From assembly GCA_963828205.1 (NCBI GenBank), contig CAWHDU010000011.1, positions 9,134 to 73,133 of the forward strand: 64,000 nt of DNA, in the 5' to 3' direction. The notes under the pieces were generated by a model, which saw only the letters and a program-made list of their open reading frames with translations, made no database searches and had not been told where the DNA came from. Below, piece by piece: positions 48,980 through 60,148 of this stretch. Position 1 is the first letter of the stretch. Each line of letters opens with the position of its first letter. A program made the position numbers and the translations under genes. The stretch comes from an uncultured beta proteobacterium (lineage in GTDB: Bacteria > Pseudomonadota > Gammaproteobacteria > Burkholderiales > Gallionellaceae).

Positions 48980-49099
48980 GCTCTCGCTCCTGGCTTGCCC
49001 GACGGGTTATCTGGGGTCATACCGTTTCAAAATCAATAGGCGGGCATTGTACCCACCATTGATCATGCTTCCGCTCAAAAATCACTTTGTTTCCGGGAT

Positions 49100-49133
49100 A
49101 AAAAAAGGAGGAGGGTCAAGCCTCCTCCTTTTT
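49100..49133 (-). terminator. Intrinsic (bidirectional) terminator between ccoP and ccoG
   Basis: AAAAAAAGGAGGAGG-GTCAAG-CCTCCTCCTTTTT. Confidence 0.8.
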
Positions 49134-49189
49134 ATGCGCACAAGAAACCTGCTAGCCGCTCACCCGGTTACTCCTTATCTGGCAGCACC

Positions 49190-50116
49190 TTACTTTGCCG
49201 CGCCGGCGGCAGGCGCGGCGGCAGCGGGCGCGTCGGATTGACCGCCGCCGAATTTGTACACATATACCGCCAGCTTCTTCATTTCGGCATCGCTCAGCTT
49301 ACCGGCTTCCTTGAACGACGGCATGACCGCCACGCGGCCTTGCGGATCGCCCGCGTTTACGCCGTAGGTAATGGTGCGCTTGATGCCCTCGATCGAGCGC
49401 TCAAAGCGCCAGATATTGTCGGTCAGGTTAGCCGAACCCATTGCCAGGATGCCCTTGGCATCCTGGCCGTGGCAGGCAGTACAGTCGCTCTCCATGAACA
49501 CTTTTTTGCCGGCCGTTTCGGAATCGCCCTTGCCTTCGCTCAACGCGAGGACGTACTTTGCGACAGCGTCAATTTGCTCGGGTTTCAGGCTATCCTTGTG
49601 CGCCGTCATCATGCTCTGGCGACCGCCCTCGATGGACGCGTGGACATCTTCGATCTTGCCGCCGAACAGCCAGTCGTCGTCGCGCAGCACCGGCGCAAAC
49701 AGCCCCTCCTTATCATGCGTGCCGACCCCATTGGTGCCGTGACAGGCAGCGCAGTTGTCGCCGAACAGCACCTTGCCGGAACGGATGGCAAATTCGGTCA
49801 ATTCCCTGTCCGCCAGAATGGCCGCCGGGGTCATGCCCTTGAGCCTGGCTTCGAATTTGCCGCGCACCGCATCCAGCTCACCCTTGTCGGCTTCCAGCTC
49901 CTTGATGGTCGTCCAGCCGCCGAACCCTTTGAAATACCCACCCATCGTCGCAAGCGGGAAAGAGGGGTAGTACAGGAAGTACGCCACGCAAAACAATGCG
50001 CTGGCAGTCAGTCCCAGCATCCACCATTTGGGCGGCTGGTTGGTAAGATCGGCCAGGTCGTCATCCCACACATGCCCGGTTGTCTGCGCGTCGGCTGCCT
50101 CGTGTTTCTCGCTCAT
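49190..50116 (-). CDS. ccoP: cbb3-type cytochrome c oxidase subunit III
   Basis: 'TTGHVWDDDL...NQPPKWW'; two CxxCH motifs (CAACH, CTACH). Confidence 0.96.
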   Translation of the reverse strand: MSEKHEAADAQTTGHVWDDDLADLTNQPPKWWMLGLTASALFCVAYFLYYPSFPLATMGGYFKGFGGWTTIKELEADKGELDAVRGKFEARLKGMTPAAILADRELTEFAIRSGKVLFGDNCAACHGTNGVGTHDKEGLFAPVLRDDDWLFGGKIEDVHASIEGGRQSMMTAHKDSLKPEQIDAVAKYVLALSEGKGDSETAGKKVFMESDCTACHGQDAKGILAMGSANLTDNIWRFERSIEGIKRTITYGVNAGDPQGRVAVMPSFKEAGKLSDAEMKKLAVYVYKFGGGQSDAPAAAAPAAGAAK

Positions 50117-50322
50117 TTTATTTCTCCCGCATTGATATGATCTTCGTCATCCAGCGCCATGCCGCGCCGCGACTCGAATTTGTCCCGGTTTGCCGGACGA
50201 AATACCATGACATAGACATAGACCATGCCGATAAACACCGCTACAGTAAAGAACACCCCGAGCCAATCATTGACGGTCATGGCCTCCGCATCCAAGCCCA
50301 GGTGGCCCAGTAACTTAGTCAC
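50113..50322 (-). CDS. ccoQ: cbb3 oxidase subunit CcoQ
   Basis: Small single-TM ORF '[13 protein letters not shown]' between ccoO and ccoP. Confidence 0.8.
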   Translation of the reverse strand: MTKLLGHLGLDAEAMTVNDWLGVFFTVAVFIGMVYVYVMVFRPANRDKFESRRGMALDDEDHINAGEIK

Positions 50323-51075
50323 GGTAATTCACGCCTTCCGTGAACTTGATATGGCTACCCAGGCTTTGCAGGTAGGCAATGACCGCATCCATTTCGGTCT
50401 TGCCTTCCGCAGCCTCCTTCGCGCCGGCGATATCGGCATCGGAGTAGGGGCCGGGTAAAAAGGCATGCCGCGCATCGCCTCCATGTTTTTCTTCAACTGC
50501 GCGGCATCTATCCTATTTTTTTCCAGAAAGAAATAGTTGGGCATGACGGACTCCGGCACTACTTCGCGCGGATACTTCATATGGCGGCGATGCCATTCAT
50601 CCGAGTACTTTCCGCCGACACGCGCCAAGTCCGGCCCGGTGCGCTTGGAGCCCCATTGGAAGGGATGGTCGTACATGGATTCGGAAGATACCGAGTAGTG
50701 GCCGTAGCGGTCTTTCTCGTCGCGAAACGGACGGATCATTTGCGAATGGCACAGGTAGCAGCCTTCGCGGATGTAAACATCGCGTCCGGCCAGCTCCAGC
50801 GGCTTGTAAGGGCGCACGCCGTCGCCCGGCTTCCATTCGTCCAGCGACTGGCCGGGCTGGCGCTGCCAGACGATGGGCGAAATTTCCTTTTTGCCCACCT
50901 TGCCTTTGACATCGGGAGACAAGTGGGTCATGGTGCGGTCCAGGTAGAACAGCGGAACAATTTCCACGATGCCGCCGACTGTCAGGACAAGAGCGACCAC
51001 CGCGAACATCAGGAGGGTGCTGCGCTCCATCTTGTCCTGGAGTTTTGTCGAATAAATTTTATCGTGTTCGGACAT
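50315..51075 (-). CDS. ccoO: cbb3 oxidase subunit II (apparent -1 frameshift at ~50450)
   Basis: '[20 protein letters not shown]', '[15 protein letters not shown]'. The true C-terminus 'PYSDADI...[14 protein letters not shown]' is in the next frame and ends with TAA at 50315. Confidence 0.93.
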
Positions 51076-51085
51076 GTCTCGCTCC

Positions 51086-52512
51086 TTATGCTTTGGCGGG
51101 AAGGGCATCGGTATTGCGCGCGGCGCTTGCCTGGCGCACCGTCATCACCACGTTGTACAGCATGATCCATGCGCCCAGGTTGAAAATGATCCCGCCGATG
51201 GTGCGCAACGCATAGTACGGATGCATTGCCGCCACGGATTCGACGAAGGTGTAGGACAGCGTGCCGTATTCGTCGTAATCGCGCCACATCAGGCCCTGCA
51301 TGATGCCCGACACCCACATCGCCACAATATAGACCACGGTGCCGATGGTGGATAGCCAGAAATGCACGTTGACCAGGTCGTCGGAATACATTTCGGTGTT
51401 CCACAGCTTTTTCACCAGATGGTAAAGCGCGCCGATGGAAACCATCGCCACCCAGCCCAGCGCGCCGGAGTGCACGTGGCCTATCGTCCAGTCGGTGTAG
51501 TGCGACAAGGCGTTCACGGTTCTGATCGACATCACCGGCCGTCGAAGGTGGACATTGCATAGAACGCCAGGGCGACCACCAGGAAGCGCAGGATGTAATC
51601 GGTGCGCAGGCGATCCCAGGCGCCGGACAGGGTCATCATGCCGTTCATCGCGCCGCCCCAGGACGGGATGATCATCGCCAGCGAAATCGCCGCCCCCAGC
51701 GAGCCGGTCCAGTCGGGCAACGCGGTATATTGCAGATGGTGCGCGCCCAGCCACACATAACCGAACATCAGCGTCCAGAAATGCAGCACGGACAACCGGT
51801 AGGAGAACACAGGACGGTTTGCCTGCTTGGGCACGAAGTAATACATCATGCCGAGGAAGCCGGCGGTCAAATAGAAGCCCACGGCATTATGCCCCCACCA
51901 CCACTGGATCATGGCATCCTGCACACCCGAGAAAATCGAATAAGACTTGGTCAGGCTGACCGGAATGGCAAGGCTGTTCACTACATGCAGGTAGGTGATC
52001 ATCACGATCATGCCCATGAAGAACCAGTTGGACACATAGATATGCGAAACCTTGCGGATCGCGATGGTCATGATGTAATTCAGCCCGAATGCCAGCCAGA
52101 CAATGGCGATCAGGATATCGATCGGCCATTCCAGTTCGGCATATTCCTTGGATTGGGTAATCCCCAGCGGCAGGGTGATCACCGCCAGCACGATGACCAG
52201 GTTCCATCCCCAGAAGGTGAACCACGCCAGGCCGTTGCTCCACAGCCTGGTCGCGCCGGTGCGCTGCACGATATAGAAGCCGGTGGCCATCAGGGTGCAG
52301 CCGCCAAACGCGAAAATTACCGCATTGGTGTGCAGCGGGCGCAGGCGCCCGAAGGCAACTTCAGGAATAAAGTTCAGCGATGGCCACGCCAGTTCCGCAG
52401 CGATCCACACGCCGATAAACGTGCCCACCACAAAATAGATCACCGCCGCGATGGAAAACCATCTGACGATATCCATGTCGTATTTCACTGGCGCTGTTTG
52501 AGTTGTTTCCAC
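51086..52512 (-). CDS. ccoN: cbb3 oxidase subunit I (apparent -1 frameshift at ~51539)
   Basis: '[12 protein letters not shown]', '[11 protein letters not shown]', 'GAHHL'. Continues in the next frame as '[27 protein letters not shown]'. Confidence 0.95.
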
Positions 52513-53153
52513 AATACCCCCGGAAGCGAGTTAAAAACAAAGCTATTTCGATCAGATTGCAACGCGGATGCGCGTCTCTTCACACATTCTTAAACATTGC
52601 ACAAGCTGGCTATGGAGAATCACGTTAAGCGGCGCCGGGGAGCGAGCATGCGGTGGCCGGGACAGCCCGGGGTGCGATGATTATCGGCGCTGCTGCCAAA
52701 GTGCCCAGTTTCATGATCATTCCTTTATGCGATGCAAGAAATACAAGAACAGACTTAAACTTTGCGGTACAACAACCCATACAGGCATAGTGCCGATGCC
52801 CGTATAGTGTAGGCTACATTTTCCCGGCTGGAAAGACTAATCACGCCGCCCAGCCGTCCGGCTGATCGAGCCGTCAATTCCGTGCAAATCCGGTTTGCGC
52901 CAAAAAAAAGCCGTTTGCAGGAATGGGATTCGCACAAACGGCCTACAGGGCGCACGCAATAGATAACGTGCTGGGAGGAAACGCGGGTTGCCACACAATC
53001 TTCACGGTTCGCATTTTCCATTCAAGAAACCGGAAAAACCCTGACGCACGTCAACCTTCTTGCTCGACATACAAAAAAAGACATGGCCTATGGGTTACAG
53101 GCACGGGACATATCATCTGCCGTGGCAGAAATTCCCATTGATGTTCTGAAAAA

Positions 53154-53933
53154 TCAGCGGGGACGCGGAGAGCGCAGCAGCGGAATGACCCGGGCGGTTG
53201 CGGAATACGGCTCGCGCGCAATGGCGCTCAGGCGTTCAAGGTCATTCAGGACGATATGCCTGCGTTCGATGGCAATCATTCCTTCTTCCTGAAAACGGGA
53301 AAAAATACGGCTGACGGTTTCTTCGGCAATGCCCAGGTAATTGCCGATGTCGCCGCGCGACATGCTCAGATTGAACTGGGTCGGAGAGTAGTTGCGCATC
53401 GCAAACCGCCGCGACAGCGACAGCAGGTAAGTTGCCAGCCGCTCTTCGGCATTTTTTTTCCCGAGCAACAGCATCAGCTCCTGATTGTGCTTGATCTCCT
53501 TGCTCATCATCCTGAGCATCTGGTAGTGCACCGACGGGATTTGACGCGCCAGATCTTCAAAGCAATCCGCCGTAATTTCGCATATCGATGTAGTCTCCAG
53601 CGCCACCGCTTCGCAGCTATGGCGCTTTTCGTCGATAGCGTTCAATCCGAGCAGCTCGCCCGGAACATGGAAACCGGTGATTTGCAGGCGGCCGTCGTCG
53701 GTGGAAATATAGGTTTTGATCGACCCGCTGCGAATGGCGTAAACGCAGGTCATGGTTTCGCCGATGCGGTAAATCACCTCTCCGCGCTTGAGCAAGCGCT
53801 TCCTTTTCACATAGCGGTCGAGCAGCGCCGTGTCCGCGCCGTCCAGCCCCATGGGCAGGCAAAGCTGGTAAAGACCGCAGTTCTGGCATGAAATCGCAAC
53901 ACAATCTGATTCTTGGATGGCTTGACGCGCCAT
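53154..53933 (-). CDS. fnr: Fnr-type O2-sensing Crp/Fnr regulator
   Basis: N-terminal C-x2-C-x4-C cluster, a further Cys at 'SICEI', and HTH 'MSRGDIGNYLGIAEETVSR'. Confidence 0.93.
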   Translation of the reverse strand: MARQAIQESDCVAISCQNCGLYQLCLPMGLDGADTALLDRYVKRKRLLKRGEVIYRIGETMTCVYAIRSGSIKTYISTDDGRLQITGFHVPGELLGLNAIDEKRHSCEAVALETTSICEITADCFEDLARQIPSVHYQMLRMMSKEIKHNQELMLLLGKKNAEERLATYLLSLSRRFAMRNYSPTQFNLSMSRGDIGNYLGIAEETVSRIFSRFQEEGMIAIERRHIVLNDLERLSAIAREPYSATARVIPLLRSPRPR

Positions 53934-53975
53934 GGTTGCTCCACTCCTATAAAAATTCCGCTGTTCGGCTTTCTT

Positions 53976-54136
53976 AGAGCGCCTAACATAATGAAATGCG
54001 TGTGCGGCTAAGGCATTCGACCGCAACGCGGCGTTGCGCCGCTTGTACGCAGAATGGCTGCGGGCAGCGCGCCGCGCCTTGCATCCATCACCGCCAAAAC
54101 CCAACGCAGCTCGTATTTCATTATGTTAGGCGCTCT
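53976..54136. mobile_element. MITE-like element with perfect 22-bp terminal inverted repeats
   Basis: AGAGCGCCTAACATAATGAAAT (53976-53997) and ATTTCATTATGTTAGGCGCTCT (54115-54136); no ORF inside. Confidence 0.75.
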
Positions 54137-54224
54137 TAATGAAGCGTGGCAGCAAACAGGGGTTTCCGGAACATCTTCCCAGCATCCGGAAATATACCTC
54201 AAACGGTATTTGAGCCGCAGACAT

Positions 54225-55598
54225 TTATGCACTCGTCGTCCCACAACGGACAATCCCGATGTTGCGCTCAAAAATGCCCCCATAACGCCGCAGCAATTCA
54301 AGCATGGCGGACGATTTGTCCAGCGTCTCCTGATATTCCGCCGCCATATCCGAATCCGCCACGATACCGCCGCCCGCCCAGCAATGGATTTTACCGTTGC
54401 CATGCACCAGTGTGCGAATGGCGATATTGCTGTCCATATTGCCGTCGAAACCGACATAGCCGACGGCTCCGCAATAAATTCCGCGCCGATCCGGCTCCAG
54501 CTGCTCGATGATCTGCATGGCGCGCAGTTTGGGCGCGCCGGTGATGGAGCCTCCCGGAAAGCAGTCGCGCAGCACATCCAGCGCATCGCGCCCCGCCGCA
54601 AGCCTGCCTTCCACCGTGCTGACCAGATGATGCACATTGGCAAAGCTTTCCACCTCGAACAATTCCGGCACATGCACCGAACCGGCTATGCAGCTCTTGC
54701 CCAGATCGTTGCGCAACAAATCCACGATCATCAGGTTCTCCGCGCGATCCTTCGGGTGACTGCGCAATTCCTCGGCAAGCAGGCGGTCTTGCCGCGCATC
54801 GCCGCCGCGCGCGCGCGTACCCTTGATCGGCCTGGTTCTCACCTCGCCGTCCCGCACGTTGACGAAACATTCCGGCGAAGCGCACAGGATTTGGGCATGC
54901 GGCAAATTCAGAAAAGCCGCATAGGGCGCGGGGCTTAAACCGCGCAACGCGAGATAGGCGCCGAACGCATCGCCTTCGGCCTGCGCGCTGAAACGTTGCG
55001 CAAGATTGATCTGGTAGCAATCGCCCGCCCGCAAATAATCCTGCACTGCCGCAAAGGCAGTTGCGTAACTGGCAGGCGTGAAGTTTGAAGAAACCTGCCC
55101 CCGCACGCGGAAAGTATCGGCGGGAAGCGGCGGCGGATTTTGCAGGCGGAACAGAATTTGCGGCAATGCCTCCGCCGTTCCGGCAAAGCGCCGATGCGAT
55201 ACCAAGCGTGCGGTCTGTTGCCGGTGATCCAGCACGACCGCCCAATCGTAGATACCCACTGCCATGTCCGGCAACTGGCTGTCAACCCGTGCGATTTCCG
55301 GCAGCGATACCATGCGGCGCGCCAGATCGTAACTCCAATAGCCCAGCGCGCCGCCTGCAAACGGCACGTCCGCAACGGGCGCGATCCGTTCACCCAATGC
55401 TCTGCGCACAAGGTCGAACGGGTCGCCTTGCGCCGCCTTCTCATCAGGCATGACCGTGCGATGCGGCGCGGCAACGAGGATGTCGTAGCGCGCCATCCCG
55501 CCGCTATCCAGCCATGCCGCCCAGGGTAGATCGGCCAGTGCCGCATAATAGCGCGAAGCATCGGATTGATACGGCAGTGGGGCGCAATAGAAACTCAT
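54225..55598 (-). CDS. pabB: Aminodeoxychorismate synthase component I
   Basis: 'WLDSG', 'GDCYQINLAQRF', 'SPECF', 'PIKGT', 'KDRAENLMIVDLLRND', 'FPGGSITGAPK'. Confidence 0.93.
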   Translation of the reverse strand: MSFYCAPLPYQSDASRYYAALADLPWAAWLDSGGMARYDILVAAPHRTVMPDEKAAQGDPFDLVRRALGERIAPVADVPFAGGALGYWSYDLARRMVSLPEIARVDSQLPDMAVGIYDWAVVLDHRQQTARLVSHRRFAGTAEALPQILFRLQNPPPLPADTFRVRGQVSSNFTPASYATAFAAVQDYLRAGDCYQINLAQRFSAQAEGDAFGAYLALRGLSPAPYAAFLNLPHAQILCASPECFVNVRDGEVRTRPIKGTRARGGDARQDRLLAEELRSHPKDRAENLMIVDLLRNDLGKSCIAGSVHVPELFEVESFANVHHLVSTVEGRLAAGRDALDVLRDCFPGGSITGAPKLRAMQIIEQLEPDRRGIYCGAVGYVGFDGNMDSNIAIRTLVHGNGKIHCWAGGGIVADSDMAAEYQETLDKSSAMLELLRRYGGIFERNIGIVRCGTTSA

Positions 55599-55805
55599 CG
55601 CTAATCTTGGAGTAATACCGGTGCTCAGAACACTTTGGGGGGAATCATGGCTGACTGCACCGATCCGGGAAGGCGATAATACCATCGCAACCGTGCACAT
55701 CGTCAGGTAGCGTTACAACCGCTTTGGTGTGCCTGCGGACAGGATGCACGCGCTCCGATGATTTCCGCATGATAAAATCCGCGCTCATTTTCCGGGCCGA
55801 ACGCC

Positions 55806-58800
55806 ATGCCACATAAGCCTCACCCCCTCGAAACGCTGCTGCAACAACGCATCCTGATCCTCGACGGCGCGATGGGCACGATGATCCAGCGCCACAAGCT
55901 GACCGAGGCGCATTATCGCGGCACCGAGTTGTATGGCGATTATCGCGGCGCGCGGCGCACTTTCGCTGACCATCCGGTCGATGTGAAGGGCTGCAACGAT
56001 CTGCTGCTGCTGACCCAGCCGCACATCGTCGGCGGCATCCATCGCCAGTATCTCGAAGCGGGCGCGGATATCCTCGAGACCTGCACTTTCAATTCCACTT
56101 CCGTTTCGATGGCGGATTACGAGATGCAGCATCTGGTGTACGAGCTGAACGCGGCCGGGGCGAAGCTGGCGCGCGGGCTGTGCGACGAATTTTCCACAGC
56201 AGACAAGCCGCGCTTCGCCGCGGGTGTGCTCGGGCCGACCGGGCGCACCGCGTCGATCTCGCCGGACGTGAACGACCCCGGCGCGCGCAACGTCACCTTC
56301 AACGAACTGGTGGAAAGCTACGCCGAGGCGGTGCGCGGCCTGCTCGACGGCGGCGCGGATATCCTGATGGTCGAGACCATCTTCGACACGCTGAACGCCA
56401 AGGCCGCGCTGTTTGCGATCGAGCGCCACTTCGAGCAATACGGTGTAAGAGTTCCAATAATGATTTCCGGGACCATCACCGATGCTTCCGGGCGTACGCT
56501 GTCCGGCCAGACCACCGAGGCGTTCTAGAACTCGCTCGCCCATGCCAGGCCGCTGTCGATCGGATTGAACTGCGCGCTGGGTGCGGAGCTGATGCGCCCT
56601 TATGTCGAAGAAATGTCGCGCGTCGCGAGCTGTTACGTCAGCGCGCACCCCAACGCGGGGCTGCCCAATCCGCTGTCGGAAACCGGCTACGACGAGCTGC
56701 CGGAAAAAACCGCACGTCTGGTCAAGGAATTCGCCACCAGCGGTTTCCTCAATATCGCCGGGGGCTGTTGCGGCACCTCGCCCGCACATATCAAGGCGAT
56801 TGCCGAGGCGCTGAAAGACGTGCCGCCGCGCAAGATTCCGGCCATCGAAAAGAAGCTGCGCCTGTCCGGGCTGGAGCCGTTCAACGTCGGCGACGACTCG
56901 CTGTTTGTCAACGTCGGCGAACGCGCCAACGTCACCGGCTCGGCCAAATTCAAGCGCCTGATCCTCGAAGGCCAGTACGACGAGGCGCTGGAAGTCGCCA
57001 GGCAGCAGGTGGAAACCGGCGCGCAGGTGATCGACATCAACATGGACGAGGCGATGCTCGACGGCGAGGCCGCGATGGCGAAGTTCCTCAACCTGGTCGC
57101 CTCCGAGCCGGACATTTCAAAGGTGCCGATGATGATCGATTCCTCGAAGTGGAGCATCATCGAGGCCGGGCTGAAGTGCGTGCAGGGCAAGCCCATCGTC
57201 AACTCGATCTCGCTGAAGGAAGGCGAAGAGAATTTCATCAGGCATGCCACGCTGGTGCGCCGCTATGGTGCGGCGGCGGTAGTGATGGCGTTCGACGAGC
57301 AGGGGCAGGCCGACACCTACAAACGCAAGACCGAAATCTGCAAGCGCAGCTACGACATCCTCGTGAACAAGATCGGCTTCCCGCCGGAAGACATCATCTT
57401 CGACCCGAACATCTTCGCGATCGCCACCGGCATCGAGGAACACAACAACTACGCGGTGGACTTCATCGAGGCCACGGCGTGGATACAGCAAGCATCTGCC
57501 GTTCGCCAAGATTTCCGGCGGCGTGTCCAACGTGTCGTTCTCATTCCGCGGCAACGAGCCGGTGCGCGAAGCGATCCATACCGTGTTCCTGTACCACGCG
57601 ATCAAGGCGGGCATGACCATGGGCATCGTCAACGCCGGGCAGCTCGGCGTATACGAGGAGATTCCGAAAGAGTTGCGCGACGCGGTGGAAGATGTGGTGC
57701 TGAACCGCAGCCCCGACGCCGGCGAGAAGCTGGTCAAGCTGGCCGAGAGCGTCAAGGGCGGCGGCAAGGAACAGGTCGAAGACCTGGCATGGCGCAACGG
57801 CACAGTGCAGGAACGCATCACCCATGCGCTGGTGCGCGGCATCACCACCTTCATCGTCGGGGACACCGAGGAGGCTCGCAAGCAGGCGCAGTTCCCGGTC
57901 GAGGTGATCGAAGGCCCGCTGATGACCGGGATGAACGTCGTCGGCGACCTGTTCGGCGCGGGCAAGATGTTCCTGCCGCAGGTGGTGAAATCGGCGCGCG
58001 TGATGAAGCAGGCGGTGGCGCACCTGGTGCCGTATATCGAGGCGGAAAAATTGCGCAGCGGCAACACCAGCGCCAAGGGCAAGATCGTCATGGCCACGGT
58101 CAAGGGCGACGTGCACGACATCGGCAAGAATATCGTCACTGTGGTGCTGCAATGCAACAACTTCGAGGTGGTCAACATGGGCGTGATGGTGCCGTGCCAG
58201 CAGATCCTCGACACCGCGCGCGAACACAACGCCGACATCATCGGCCTGTCCGGGCTGATCACGCCGTCGCTGGAAGAGATGGCGCATGTCGCCAAGGAGA
58301 TGCAGCGCCAGGGTTTCACCATCCCGCTGCTGATCGGCGGCGCGACCACGTCGCGCGTGCATACCGCCGTGAAGATCGCGCCGAACTATCCGGGCGGCGC
58401 GACGGTGTACGCTACCGATGCCTCGCGCGCAGTGGGCGTATGCAGCAACCTGCTTTCCGACACGCTGCGCGACGCATACGTTGCGGGCATCGAGGCCGAC
58501 TATGCCGAGGCTCGCGCGCAGCACGAGGGCAAGAAGACCAAGGCCGTGTATGTCACGTTGGCGGAGGCGCGAGCGCATGGGCTGAAGACGAATTGGGCAA
58601 AGCAAATCCCACCCAAACCGTACCTGATGGGCGTACACAAATTCGAGAACTACCCGCTCGACAAGATCGCCGCCTATATCGACTGGTCGCCGTTCTTCCA
58701 GGCATGGGAGCTGCCCGGGCGCTACCCGAAGATATTGCAGGACAGGGCGGTAGGCGAGGAAGCGCGCAAGCTGTTCGCCGATGCGCAGGCGATGCTGAAG

Positions 58801-59526
58801 AAGATCATCGACGAAAAATGGCTGACCGCGAACGCGGTGTTCGGCCTGTTCCCGGCGAACACGGTCAACAGCGACGACATCGAAATTTACACCGACGAAT
58901 CACGTAAAAATGTGGCGATAACCTGGCACAACCTGCGCCAGCAAACCAAGAAACCGGACAACATCCCGAACTACTGCCTCGCCGATTTCATCGCGCCGAA
59001 GGAAACCAAGGTCAAGGACTACATCGGCGCGTTCGCGGTGACCGCAGGCATCGGCATCGACGCGCGCGTCGCCGAGTTCGAGAAGCATCACGACGACTAC
59101 AACGCGATCCTGCTCAAGTCGCTGGCCGACCGCCTCGCCGAGGCCTTCGCCGAGCTGCTCCACGCGCGCGTGCGCCGCGAGTTCTGGGGCTACGCGGCGG
59201 ACGAGGCTCTGGACAACGACGCGCTGATCGCCGAGAAATATCGCGGCATCCGCCCCGCACCCGGCTACCCGGCCTGCCCGGAACACACCGAGAAGGGCGC
59301 ATTGTTCGAGCTGTTGCAAGCGCCGCTCAACGCCGGCATCACGCTGACCGACAGCTACGCGATGCTGCCCACAGCGGCGGTGAGCGGCTTCTACTTCTCG
59401 CACCCGCAGGCGCAATACTTCGCCACCGGCAAGATAGGCGGGGATCAGGTGGCGGACTATGCGCGGCGCAAGGGCTGGAGTTTGGAAGAGGCCGAACGCT
59501 GGCTGGCGCCGGTGCTGGGTTACTAG
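55806..59526 (+). pseudogene. metH: B12-dependent methionine synthase, interrupted by TAG (56526-56528) and a +1 frameshift (~57490); may be assembly error
   Basis: Hcy domain '[10 protein letters not shown]', pterin domain '[10 protein letters not shown]', B12 motif 'GDVHDIGKN', reactivation domain '[10 protein letters not shown]', spread over three ORF pieces. Confidence 0.9.
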
Positions 59527-59569
59527 ATTATTGGGCTTTACATAATTCATGGCGATTACGTGATTTACC

Positions 59570-59690
59570 GTAGGGCGGGCTTTGCCCGCCGCGCCGGGCG
59601 TAGCCCGACCTACACAATACGAAGATCATGCCTTCAATTATGTAATCCTCAATAGATGCAAATGTCGGGTTACGCTGCGCTAACCCGACC
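59570..59690. repeat. GTAG-type REP palindromes downstream of metH
   Basis: GTAGGGCGGGCTTTGCCCGCC...CCGACCTAC and TGTCGGGTTACGCTGCGCTAACCCGACC. Confidence 0.75.
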
Positions 59691-59750
59691 GAGTTTTTTT
59701 CAACCACGGCTTGCCTTGAGCAGGCCACAACAATAGAAGGAAAAGGCAAC

Positions 59751-60098
59751 ATGACTGAACTGATTAAAACCGATGTCAAGCAGGGCGAAGGCGAGCTGGC
59801 GACCAGCGGCATGGAGGTGCTGGTGCACTACACCGGCTGGCTGTACGACGATGCCGCGCCCGACCATAAAGGCGCGAAGTTCGACAGCTCGCGCGACCGC
59901 CACGAGCCGTTCGATTTTCCGCTCGGTGCGGGGCATGTGATCAAGGGCTGGGACCAGGGCGTGGAAGGCATGAAGGTCGGCGGGCAGCGCACGCTGGTCA
60001 TTCCCGCACATCTGGGCTACGGCGCTCGCGGCGCGGGCGGCGTGATCCCACCGAATGCAACGCTGGTGTTCGATGTCGAACTGCTGGCCGTGCGTTAG
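59751..60098 (+). CDS. FKBP-type peptidyl-prolyl isomerase (no signal peptide)
   Basis: 'VHYTGWLY...KFDSS.DR.EPF.F.LG.G.VIKGWDQG..GMKVGG.R.L.IP..LGYG.RG'. Confidence 0.95.
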   Translation: MTELIKTDVKQGEGELATSGMEVLVHYTGWLYDDAAPDHKGAKFDSSRDRHEPFDFPLGAGHVIKGWDQGVEGMKVGGQRTLVIPAHLGYGARGAGGVIPPNATLVFDVELLAVR

Positions 60099-60148
60099 TC
60101 TGGCGCACGCATAACTTCCTCAATAACTTGAAACTACCTCCAAGGAAT

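Noticed and set aside
52513-53153. FNR box or small ORF (52755-53021) in the fnr-ccoN intergenic region
   Set aside because: No good TTGAT-N4-ATCAA match found by eye (best seen: TTTAT-GCGA-TGCAA). The ORF has no recognisable motif or RBS.
55698-55760. Possible SAH/SAM riboswitch upstream of metH (AGGTAGCGTTACAAC..., three small stems)
   Set aside because: Only partial resemblance to the SAH consensus. The likely metH -10 element (TGATAAAAT, ~55770) lies downstream, so the structure would not be in the leader. An Rfam scan would settle it.
19044-56528. Stop-codon recoding (TGA or TAG read as Trp, Sec or Pyl) to explain the in-frame stops at 19044 and 56526
   Set aside because: Both replace conserved Trp codons by single G>A changes. 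Trp is TGG elsewhere, and TGA and TAG end many normal genes in this window.
57500-58907. C-terminal half of ORF 56565-58907 as a novel Arg-rich domain
   Set aside because: It is the out-of-frame read of metH after the +1 shift.
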